From Endomicrobiales bacterium (GTDB lineage: Bacteria; Elusimicrobiota; Endomicrobiia; Endomicrobiales; CAWCFT01), in contig CAWCFT010000001.1 in the NCBI GenBank assembly GCA_963794945.1, positions 384,001 through 448,000 of the forward strand: DNA of 64,000 nt. Direction: 5' to 3'. This document shows positions 1 through 7,893 of the stretch, piece after piece. Numbering within the stretch: position 1 is the stretch's first letter; every line of letters starts with the position of its first letter. Position numbers and translations under genes: made by a program. The notes under the pieces are model-generated. The model was given only the letters and a program-made list of their open reading frames with translations, did not search any database and had not been told where the DNA came from.

Positions 1-2
1 GC

Positions 3-2087
3 TTACAGTTCTTAAAAGGCGTCGGCCCTCATAAGGCGAAACTGCTTTCGCGCATCGGGTTAAATTCCATCCGCGACCTGCTGTGCTATTTCCCTAGGGA
101 ATATGACGACAGAAGGAATGTTACAAAGATCTCGCTTTTCACTCCTCAGGAAAGGATAACCGTTTCCGGCAGGGTTGCCGCCGCCGACGTGCTGAAGCTC
201 AGCCGCAGCCTTTCAGCGTTCAAGGTGGCGATCGATGACGGCACCGGCGTCGCGTACGCCATGTTCTTCCGTAAATCGAACCCGTACCACAGCCACGATA
301 TTATGTCGTCGCTCAAGAACAAATTCAAACCGGGCTCAACTGTAATTGTCAACGGCAAGGCCTCTCTGAATTTCGGCGAAAAACAAATTAATGTTGAAGA
401 GTTCGAGACAGTTGATGAGAACGGTTCTGATGAAAATCTCGTGAACTTCAAACGCATAGTGCCCGTTTACCCGCTGACGCAGGGGATAACCAACAAATGG
501 CTTAGGCCGCTTATGCGGGAAGCGCTGTTAAAGTATTCGTCCGGTTTTGGCGAGCTGCTCCCGCAGCCAAAAAGAACAGAGCTCTCGCTTACGCCTGTCG
601 CCGAGGCCCTCAACAAGATACACTTCCCGGCGGAGCTTGGCGACGGCGAAAAAGCAAGAAAGCGGCTTGCCTTCGACGAGTTCTTACTGCTCGAGACCGC
701 CCTCATGGCCGCAAGGAAGAGGAATTCTGAAAAGGCCAAGAACCGGCCGTACACGGTGAGACGCAGGCTTCTTACGCCGTTCCGCGAAAAACTTGATTTC
801 GAGTTCACACAGGCGCAAAAGAAAACTATTAACGAAATATTCGGCGACATGGAAAGCCCGAAGCCGATGAACAGGCTTTTGATGGGCGATGTCGGTTCGG
901 GTAAAACCGTTGTTGCGTTAAGCGCCATACTCTTGGGCATTGAGAATGGTTATCAGGCTGTCTTTCTTGCGCCTACAGAGATTCTTGCAGAGCAGCATTT
1001 TATAACAATAAGCCATTTCTTCGAAGGGCTGGGCGTCCGAACTGCTATTCTTACCGGAAGGCTTTCATCAAAAAAGAAACAGAAGAACAGTGTTCTTGAG
1101 GGCGCCGCGAGCGGTGAGGTCGACCTTCTTGTCGCCACGCACTCCGCCCTTGAAACAAACGTAAAATTCAAACACCTGGCTCTCGCGGTAATTGACGAAC
1201 AGCACCGCTTCGGCGTGCTTCAGCGCGGCAAGATACAGTCGAAATCCGAGAACCCGGACATACTTTTAATGACGGCGACGCCTATACCGAGAACGCTTTC
1301 TCTTACCGTTTACGGCGATATGGATATCTCAGTCATTGACGAACTGCCTCCGGGCCGCCAGCCGATAGTCACCCGGCACGTAAGCGAGCAGGAAGGCTAC
1401 GCGCTTGTGAAAGAAGAAATAAAAAAAGGCCGTCAGGCCTACATCGTTTACCCGCTGGTGGAAGAGTCCGACAAAGTAGAGCTTAAGGCTGCCGTTCAAG
1501 AAGCCGAAGGCCTGTCGGCCTCTGTTTTTAATGGATTTAAAGTCGGGTTGATACACGGGCAATTGCCGTCGGCTACGAAAGACGAGGTAATGAACGATTT
1601 CAGAGAGCGCAAGTTCGACATACTTATAGCGACGACGGTTATAGAAGTGGGTATCGACGTGCCCAACGCGAGCGTAATGGTTATCGAACATTCCGACAGG
1701 TTCGGCCTTGCCACCTTGCACCAGTTGCGGGGAAGGGTCGGCAGGGGGCAGAATAAGTCTTATTGTTTGCTGCTGGGGAACCCCAAAACTGATGAAGCAA
1801 AACGCAGGATAGAAACAATGCAGAAGTATTCCTCTGGCTTCAAGGTTGCCGAAGAGGACTTAGACCTCCGCGGCCCGGGAGAGTTTTTCGGCACGGCCCA
1901 GCACGGCCTGCTCGACCTTAAAGCCGGGAATATTTTAAAGGACTTCGACCTGATAGAAAGCGCCAAGGCCGTTGCCTCGGATATAATCAATGAAGACCCC
2001 GAGCTTAAAGACCCCGTTCATTCAAAGTTGAAAGCCGAGGTTATAAGGCAGTATTCGAACCGTCTGGAGTTGTTGAAAATAGGGTAG
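3..2087 (+). CDS. recG: ATP-dependent DNA helicase RecG (5' end outside window)
   Basis: The reading frame is open from base 3 (LQFLKGVGP...FPREYDDR). Motifs: GDVGSGKT, DEQH, MTATPIPRTL, QLRGRVGR, DLDLRGPGEFFGTAQHG. Confidence 0.97.
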   Translation, partial: LQFLKGVGPHKAKLLSRIGLNSIRDLLCYFPREYDDRRNVTKISLFTPQERITVSGRVAAADVLKLSRSLSAFKVAIDDGTGVAYAMFFRKSNPYHSHDIMSSLKNKFKPGSTVIVNGKASLNFGEKQINVEEFETVDENGSDENLVNFKRIVPVYPLTQGITNKWLRPLMREALLKYSSGFGELLPQPKRTELSLTPVAEALNKIHFPAELGDGEKARKRLAFDEFLLLETALMAARKRNSEKAKNRPYTVRRRLLTPFREKLDFEFTQAQKKTINEIFGDMESPKPMNRLLMGDVGSGKTVVALSAILLGIENGYQAVFLAPTEILAEQHFITISHFFEGLGVRTAILTGRLSSKKKQKNSVLEGAASGEVDLLVATHSALETNVKFKHLALAVIDEQHRFGVLQRGKIQSKSENPDILLMTATPIPRTLSLTVYGDMDISVIDELPPGRQPIVTRHVSEQEGYALVKEEIKKGRQAYIVYPLVEESDKVELKAAVQEAEGLSASVFNGFKVGLIHGQLPSATKDEVMNDFRERKFDILIATTVIEVGIDVPNASVMVIEHSDRFGLATLHQLRGRVGRGQNKSYCLLLGNPKTDEAKRRIETMQKYSSGFKVAEEDLDLRGPGEFFGTAQHGLLDLKAGNILKDFDLIESAKAVASDIINEDPELKDPVHSKLKAEVIRQYSNRLELLKIG

Positions 2088-2160
2088 AACAAATGCAATG
2101 ACGGTAAGTAATAGGTTTATCACAGCTGTCTGGACAAATGTCGCCCTAAAACTATTATTT

Positions 2161-2251
2161 TGTCATTTCGATCCCGCCTTGGCGGGAGAGAAATCTTTAA
2201 GTCAATTCAAGGATAGATCTCTCATCCGCCTTCGGCGGATTCGAGATGACA
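2161..2251. repeat. REP/RPE-like palindromic element (TGTCAT...ATGACA ends, two internal hairpins)
   Basis: TGTCATTTCGA...GAGAAATCT...AGATCTCTC-ATCCGCCTTCGGCGGAT-TCGAGATGACA. A related copy lies in opposite orientation at 7894-7974. Confidence 0.85.
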
Positions 2252-2293
2252 GCAATAAAATGATTTGTATTCCAAACAAATGCGATGGTGTAG

Positions 2294-2833
2294 ATGAAAA
2301 TTAAATTACTTCTTATCGAAACACTTTTAATATCCTCAAGTTTATTTATATTTTCGCCACTACTGCCTGCGGAGGAGAAAATGCAAGAACTCTTAACCGT
2401 CGAACATGTTGACATTAACCGCTACATGGGCGCCTGGCACGAAATAGCGAGATTCACGCAGAGCTTTGAAAAAGGCCTCGTTAACGTCACGGCTACATAC
2501 ACACTGCTTCCTAACGGCAAAGTTGACGTTCTAAACTCCGGGCATAAAGGCACGGTAAACGGCAAACTAAAAACCGCTCACGGAAAAGCAAAAATCGCCG
2601 ACAAAAAGACTAATGCCAAACTCATGGTAACTTTTTTCTGGCCTTTCTACGGAGACTACTGGATAATTGACCTTGGCAAAAACTACGAATACGCCGTGGT
2701 AGGCGAACCGGGCAGAAAATATCTATGGATACTGTCCCGCACAAAGGAAATGGACAAAGAAGTCTACAACCAGATCATAGAAAAGTTAAAATCCGTTGGT
2801 TATGACACTTCAAGGCTTGATATGGTCCCTTAG
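2294..2833 (+). CDS. blc: Lipocalin family protein (Blc-like)
   Basis: N-terminal signal-like segment. Motifs VDINRYMGAWHEIAR, FFWPFYGDYWII, YLWILSR. Confidence 0.9.
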   Translation: MKIKLLLIETLLISSSLFIFSPLLPAEEKMQELLTVEHVDINRYMGAWHEIARFTQSFEKGLVNVTATYTLLPNGKVDVLNSGHKGTVNGKLKTAHGKAKIADKKTNAKLMVTFFWPFYGDYWIIDLGKNYEYAVVGEPGRKYLWILSRTKEMDKEVYNQIIEKLKSVGYDTSRLDMVP

Positions 2834-2873
2834 TATATCTAGTTATCTTCTCATTCTGCCTGGCAAGTGAAAG

Positions 2874-2902
2874 TTGAAAAACCCGTAAAAAAGAAGTAGA
2901 AT
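2874..2902 (+). promoter_or_regulatory. Putative sigma70 promoter
   Basis: TTGAAA-17 bp-TAGAAT upstream of 2973. Confidence 0.5.
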
Positions 2903-2972
2903 TTCATTGTTGCAAAGTGATTAATCAGAAATAAGTATTACATGAACAGTAAATCTTTCAAAAGCCGCATCT

Positions 2973-3548
2973 ATGGATAAGAAAACAAATAACATATACA
3001 TAATAGCGGGCTCAAATGGCTCAGGGAAGACCACATTTGCAAAGAGATTTCTTCCAAAATATGCTAAATGTCCTAATTTTATTAATGCCGATCTTATCGC
3101 GCAGGGGTTGTCACCTTTTGAGCCTCAAACGGCGGCCCTGAAAGCTGGAAAAATTGTTTTACAGCAAATTGAAGAATTTTCTGCCCGTGGTTTGGATTTT
3201 GGTTTTGAAACAACTCTCTCTGGTAAATCATATGTAAAGTTGCTTGATGATTTGATTAAGAAGGGATATGAACTGCATTTGTACTATCTCTGGATACCTG
3301 ATACGCGATTGGCGATAGAGCGCATAAAGGGCCGGGTATTAGAAGGCGGGCGCAACATACCTGATATAGATGTTCGTCGGCGCTTTACGCGCAGTATATC
3401 CAATTTCTTCAGGTTATATGAACCTCTATTGAGCACATGGATGATGTTCGATAATTCGGGGCAGGAACCCGAATTAATCGCAAGAGGAAATAATGGACAA
3501 ATTGCGGTGGCAAACAAAGAACTATTTGAAGCTATAAAGGTGAGGTAA
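2973..3548 (+). CDS. Zeta-toxin-like / COG4185-type P-loop protein
   Basis: Walker A IAGSNGSGKTT, plus FINADLIA, FETTLSG and RVLEGGRNIP. Confidence 0.85.
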   Translation: MDKKTNNIYIIAGSNGSGKTTFAKRFLPKYAKCPNFINADLIAQGLSPFEPQTAALKAGKIVLQQIEEFSARGLDFGFETTLSGKSYVKLLDDLIKKGYELHLYYLWIPDTRLAIERIKGRVLEGGRNIPDIDVRRRFTRSISNFFRLYEPLLSTWMMFDNSGQEPELIARGNNGQIAVANKELFEAIKVR

Positions 3549-3554
3549 AATAAA

Positions 3555-3707
3555 ATGATAAAAAAAACTGTTTTACAAGGCAAAGCCGAAATTGCAATGA
3601 AAGAAGCGGTGAGGGAAGTAATCGAACAACACAAAAGAACCGGCCGTACGTTGGCTGTGTGGAAAAATGGCAAGGTCGTGCATTTGTCGCCGCGTTCTAT
3701 AAAATGA
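3555..3707 (+). CDS. 50-aa hypothetical protein, probable partner of the zeta-like protein (not in ORF track)
   Basis: MIKKTVLQGKAEIAMKEAVREVIEQHKRTGRTLAVWKNGKVVHLSPRSIK, starting 6 bp after the upstream stop. Confidence 0.7.
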   Translation: MIKKTVLQGKAEIAMKEAVREVIEQHKRTGRTLAVWKNGKVVHLSPRSIK

Positions 3708-3835
3708 TATTTGCTCCGTGCGAGATGCTTTTTTAATGAAGTATCCAATAGCCCGTCTTTGTCGGACTTGAGGGGAAATATTGTGGGGCCCAGAGAAAAT
3801 CATCAAAGGGAAATATATTTTAAATTGACACGAAG

Positions 3836-3868
3836 TGTCATCCCCGAGCGCCTAAATCGGGGATCCAG
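3836..3868. repeat. Palindromic repeat TGTCRTCCCCGA-N9-TCGGGGATCCAG
   Basis: Same arms and same 33 bp length as the copy at 49778-49810. Confidence 0.75.
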
Positions 3869-3877
3869 CAGTATGTA

Positions 3878-3912
3878 AGCCACATTCGCGCGCCGCGCGG
3901 TGTGGTTTTTTT
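3878..3912 (+). terminator. Putative intrinsic terminator
   Basis: GCCACA...CGCGC/GCGCG...TGTGGT stem followed by a T run. Confidence 0.6.
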
Positions 3913-3947
3913 ATTTTAGGTTACACTTAGGATGTATTACGGAATTG

Positions 3948-3972
3948 AGTTGTTTACAATTTGTAGACAACT
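3948..3972. promoter_or_regulatory. Near-perfect 25 bp inverted repeat, candidate operator for ParB-like gene #1
   Basis: AGTTGTTTACAA-T-TTGTAGACAACT (one mismatch), ending 33 bp before the ATG at 4006. Confidence 0.5.
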
Positions 3973-4005
3973 GAAACTACATTCTCAATAGGAGGGCAAT
4001 AAACC

Positions 4006-5655
4006 ATGGCAGATGAAGTACGGATGATCAAGTTAAGCCAAATTGTTGTGCCGGCGCATATGCGCAAGCATAGCCCTGAAAAGACGGCCGAACTGGCTAA
4101 GGATATTAAAGAGCACGGCCAGCTTCAGGATGTAGTTATCACACCTATGGGGGATGGAAATTTTGAGCTTTTGGCTGGCGCCAATCGTTATGAGGCCATG
4201 AAACTAAACGGCGCGGACGAACTCCGGTGCCTGGTCAAAGAGAACGTTTCACCGTACGAAAGGTCATGTATTACCCTGGCAGAGAATCTCAAGCGGGAGG
4301 ACGTCTCCCCTGTAGACCTGGGGTTTGAGCTAGACAGGGCCATGAAAACCGGCAACAAAACCCAGGAAGAGCTGGCAAAAGACCTGGGTGTGACGCAAGG
4401 CTATATAAGCCAATATGTGGTAACTACTGATCTTTCTGAGCCTGTCAGGGAAATTATTAAACGTTTAATAATTGGCATAGGCATCATAAATCAGATAGCC
4501 CGCCTGGCTGGTGACGAGGCCAAAATAGCCATGCTTGAAAGGTGCGAGAAAGAGGGCCTTTCAGTAAAACAGGTTGAAATTTTAGTCAATAAAGCGTTAG
4601 CAGCTTCGCCCAGCCCCGCCGGTCAGGCTGAGGCAGTCAATAAAACTGATGGCGGGACAGACCCAAAGCCCAAAAAGGCAGGCAAGGGCGGAAAGGGCCA
4701 CGCAGGGGATGTCCGCATAGTTAAGACAGGCAAAGTTATATGCCTGCAATACTTCTTCAATGAAGGCACTCCCCCGGATGCCATCGCCAAACCCGTAACA
4801 AACAGGTACCAGCAATGGTTTGATGAGCAAGCCCAGCCAAAACCTGATCTCAAGGCCCAAAAGGCGCAGCTTCGCAAAAGCGAAAAGGAAACCGCTGCTA
4901 AGATAGCCAATGTTCAGAAACTTTTAAAGTTAGCGCAGGACCATGACAAAGGATTGGAAAAGGCAGGCCGTGACAGGACTGCCAGCCTGAAAGAAGTAGA
5001 GGACTTAAAGGCCGAACTTCAAACGTTGAAGTCACAGATCCGCCATGGAGGGGCAAATAGTAAACCCAACAAGCCAACACCGCAAGCCCCTACCCAGGCT
5101 CAAATAATGGAACAAGCTAAGAAGCTCAAAGAAGGCGGCCTGGGCGCAACTGTAGCCCAACTTGAATCTCAAATTGCTCAAGCGAAAAAGAGCCTTGAAG
5201 CTCCCGGCATAACCGACGCGCAAAAGGCCGGGCTAAATATGGCCATTCAAAATCTTCAGTCACAGCTTGATGCGCTAAGGAAAGACAACAATACAAATCC
5301 CAATTTCCAGATCCCAAAACAAAACGATAATAAATCCTCGCCCCTTGCGGGTAAGACTTTGGACCTTGAGGGCCAGACCGAAGGGCCCGAAAAGGAAGAG
5401 GGTAAGGGTGAGGGGGATGTTCTGGCGAACGTTGAAGACCAGAAAAAGAAAATGCTTGACTTGATAAACAGCGGCCGGATGTCACCTGAGGATATGGCAA
5501 ACGTAAAATCGCAGTATGAGGCCGCCATACCCCAAACCCAGCAGGATCTTGCTAAGCCGGAAACTAATGAAGCCAAAGCCGCCTATCTGAAAGCATGGAT
5601 ACAGATGATGCAGGAAGTAATCGAAGCGATCAAAAAAAAGTTGAGTGGGCAGTGA
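4006..5655 (+). CDS. Orphan ParB/RepB/Spo0J-family protein with long low-complexity/coiled-coil tail (#1)
   Basis: LLAGANRYEA (GxxRxxA), ENLKREDVSP, HTH TQEELAKDLGVTQGYISQY, RBS GGAGG. No parA nearby. Confidence 0.85.
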   Translation: MADEVRMIKLSQIVVPAHMRKHSPEKTAELAKDIKEHGQLQDVVITPMGDGNFELLAGANRYEAMKLNGADELRCLVKENVSPYERSCITLAENLKREDVSPVDLGFELDRAMKTGNKTQEELAKDLGVTQGYISQYVVTTDLSEPVREIIKRLIIGIGIINQIARLAGDEAKIAMLERCEKEGLSVKQVEILVNKALAASPSPAGQAEAVNKTDGGTDPKPKKAGKGGKGHAGDVRIVKTGKVICLQYFFNEGTPPDAIAKPVTNRYQQWFDEQAQPKPDLKAQKAQLRKSEKETAAKIANVQKLLKLAQDHDKGLEKAGRDRTASLKEVEDLKAELQTLKSQIRHGGANSKPNKPTPQAPTQAQIMEQAKKLKEGGLGATVAQLESQIAQAKKSLEAPGITDAQKAGLNMAIQNLQSQLDALRKDNNTNPNFQIPKQNDNKSSPLAGKTLDLEGQTEGPEKEEGKGEGDVLANVEDQKKKMLDLINSGRMSPEDMANVKSQYEAAIPQTQQDLAKPETNEAKAAYLKAWIQMMQEVIEAIKKKLSGQ

Positions 5656-5680
5656 GCATAGCAGATTTTTGACTAATGGT

Positions 5681-6661
5681 ATGAATGTTATGCAAAAAAA
5701 AGAATTAAATGATTATTTAAATAACCTTAAAAAAAAGCACAACCTAAAAGAATGTTTTGCTCTAAACGCTGATTGTTCAGAAAATATCATTCAAGCGCAT
5801 TCTATACAAAATAACCGTATTTTAAAAAGAATATCTAAAGATGGTTTAATATTATATTTTGGGAAAGGCGATATTGATCGAGAAAATATGCAACCAAAGC
5901 AATTTGGCCGCAAAACCACATCGACATTTACAGGGTTTTGTGGTTATCATGATCAGAGAATATTTAAGCCAATTGACGACTTCGACTATGAGCAAGGAAA
6001 CGAGGAACAAGAATATTTGTTTTCCTATAAAGCTCTCGCCAAGGAATATCATACGAAGGCTTGTGCATTGTTTGTTGCGAACGAAATACTTGAGAAAAAG
6101 GAACTACCCAATTTCGATTATGAAACATATTATTGGTATATGGTTGGCACAAATAGGTCTTATGATCAGTTGTCGAGAATGCGTATTGCCTTTAATAAGA
6201 ATCTAGAAAGAAAACGATTTTACAAAATATTCACAAAAAGAATAGTTTTTGATGAGGTTTATCCGTTAGCTGTTAGTTCAATGATTTCTTTATCAACTGA
6301 TTTTCAGGGCAATAAAATAAACGATTTAGCGAATATGAAAAAAGATATTTTGCCAATATTTGTGACTATATTCCCTCAGAAAAATAAAACACACATACTT
6401 ATTCAATGCTTAAAAAAGGAAATAAATATATTTAACAAATTATTTAAACAATTTGATCAACCCCTGAATGACTTAAAGCCGAAATTATCTATGTTATTGT
6501 TAACTTACTGTGAAAATATGGCTATCTCTCCATTCCATTGGGACAAACTTTCAAAAAACCAACAAAATTTATTTGTTAGTGGTTTTTTGGAAAGCACTTT
6601 AGATTATACTGAAATTCAAAATTACAAGAAATATGAACAATGTAATTTATTTAACACGTGA
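5681..6661 (+). CDS. AT-rich hypothetical protein with Cys/His motifs (possibly HNH/Zn-binding-like); start uncertain (5645/5681/5690)
   Basis: Long ORF, visibly much more AT-rich than its neighbours. Motifs CFALNADC...AHSIQ and STFTGFCGYHD. Confidence 0.7.
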   Translation: MNVMQKKELNDYLNNLKKKHNLKECFALNADCSENIIQAHSIQNNRILKRISKDGLILYFGKGDIDRENMQPKQFGRKTTSTFTGFCGYHDQRIFKPIDDFDYEQGNEEQEYLFSYKALAKEYHTKACALFVANEILEKKELPNFDYETYYWYMVGTNRSYDQLSRMRIAFNKNLERKRFYKIFTKRIVFDEVYPLAVSSMISLSTDFQGNKINDLANMKKDILPIFVTIFPQKNKTHILIQCLKKEINIFNKLFKQFDQPLNDLKPKLSMLLLTYCENMAISPFHWDKLSKNQQNLFVSGFLESTLDYTEIQNYKKYEQCNLFNT

Positions 6662-6686
6662 ATTGTTCCAGATTTAACTAGTTGTA

Positions 6687-6737
6687 TAAATGGGGACGGC
6701 TCCAATTAATGTATTAAATAGGGACGGTTCTAATTAA
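6687..6737. repeat. Tandem 23 bp imperfect direct repeat
   Basis: TAAATGGGGACGGCTCCAATTAA (6687-6709) and TAAATAGGGACGGTTCTAATTAA (6715-6737), 20/23 identical. Confidence 0.75.
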
Positions 6738-6851
6738 AATATGAACCATGCCAGCCCGCCTAGGCGGATCTTCGACTTGACTTGTTGCTCTTGATGAAAC
6801 AATCTATAGTTCTACGAGGATAAAAGAAGTGCGGGATGTACACGCGACAGA

Positions 6852-6880
6852 TTGAATATTTAGTAGAAATTATGTAATAT
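6852..6880 (+). promoter_or_regulatory. Putative sigma70 promoter
   Basis: TTGAAT-17 bp-TAATAT, followed by RBS AAGGAG before 6918. Confidence 0.45.
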
Positions 6881-6917
6881 TATTTATCAAGATCATAGTC
6901 GCAAAAGGAGAAAATCT

Positions 6918-7508
6918 ATGCGTACAATTAAACTGCTCATAACAACGGCACTCATGGTATTTACGGCCTGGCTTTTGGTGGTAAAGAGTTCTCGGGCCGC
7001 GGAAGCGCAACCGGCCGCGCCTTCGGGGCAAAAGAAAATTCTGGTGGTGTTTTACTCACGCACGGGCAATACCAAGAAAGTTGCGCAGGATATCGCCCAG
7101 AGCCTCGGCGCCGACGTGGAACAGCTTATCGACAAAAAAGACCGCAGCGGAGCGCTTGGGTACATGGGAGCCGGCAAGGACGCTTCAAAAGAAACGCTTG
7201 CTGACATCGAACCTATAAAGTACGACCCGGCGAAATACGACCTGATAGTTATGGGAACCCCGGTCTGGGCATGGAACATGACGCCCGCAATACGGACTTA
7301 CATAACAAACAACAAATCTTCATTTAAAGATGTGGCGTTTTTTACTACAGCGGGCGGGACAAAACCCGAAAAGATAGTGGCAAAGATGGAAACTCTGTCA
7401 GGGAAAAAAGCGAAAGCTTTCGCCGGTTTTTTTGCTGGGGAAATAAACTCAAAAGATACCGCCAAGTATGACCAGAAGTTGTCCGCCTTTATCTCCAGCC
7501 TGAAATAA
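6918..7508 (+). CDS. Flavodoxin-family protein with N-terminal signal peptide
   Basis: FMN loop VFYSRTGNTKKVA and YDLIVMGTPVWAW. Hydrophobic leader ends in an A-x-A motif (AEA). Confidence 0.85.
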   Translation: MRTIKLLITTALMVFTAWLLVVKSSRAAEAQPAAPSGQKKILVVFYSRTGNTKKVAQDIAQSLGADVEQLIDKKDRSGALGYMGAGKDASKETLADIEPIKYDPAKYDLIVMGTPVWAWNMTPAIRTYITNNKSSFKDVAFFTTAGGTKPEKIVAKMETLSGKKAKAFAGFFAGEINSKDTAKYDQKLSAFISSLK

Positions 7509-7834
7509 TGGGTATCGAACAACTTATAGCGGCTACCGGGATAGTGTCGTTTGTATTGTTCCTGCTGTCCGCGGTAAACGGCATACCAAAGCTCCGCCTC
7601 CTGCGGTACCACGCGGTAACTTCTTACTCTTGCCTCGTAATATTAATTCTTCATGCTGCCGCCGCCATTAAATGCGACATATACGAACCACTCGGCATGA
7701 TCGCCGCCTTAGCCATGCTATTAACTATTATCAGCGGGCGTTTTCGATGGAAACTGCGGCTGCATATTGGCCTTGCTCTGTTCACCCTGGCGCTTACGGT
7801 TGCGCATGTGGGTTTGGTCATGTATATGAAATAA
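7508..7834 (+). CDS. Small 4-TM membrane protein with two H-x13-H motifs (cytochrome b-like)
   Basis: TAATG coupling to the flavodoxin stop. Segments YHAVTSYSCLVILILH and LHIGLALFTLALTVAH. Confidence 0.7.
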   Translation: MGIEQLIAATGIVSFVLFLLSAVNGIPKLRLLRYHAVTSYSCLVILILHAAAAIKCDIYEPLGMIAALAMLLTIISGRFRWKLRLHIGLALFTLALTVAHVGLVMYMK

Positions 7835-7893
7835 AAGCGCGCTGGCCCTGCCAAAAACATAAACGAATAATAATCTTATTGCATACATAAGCC

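Noticed and set aside
2098..2304. Short ORFs with mutual similarity (2098-2304 + and 7721-7975 -), plus ORFs 49667-49954 and 51435-51686
   Set aside because: They are translations of the palindromic repeat elements.
6687..6737. CRISPR array from the short direct repeats (also 51607-51692)
   Set aside because: Only two adjacent imperfect copies at each site and no cas genes in the window.
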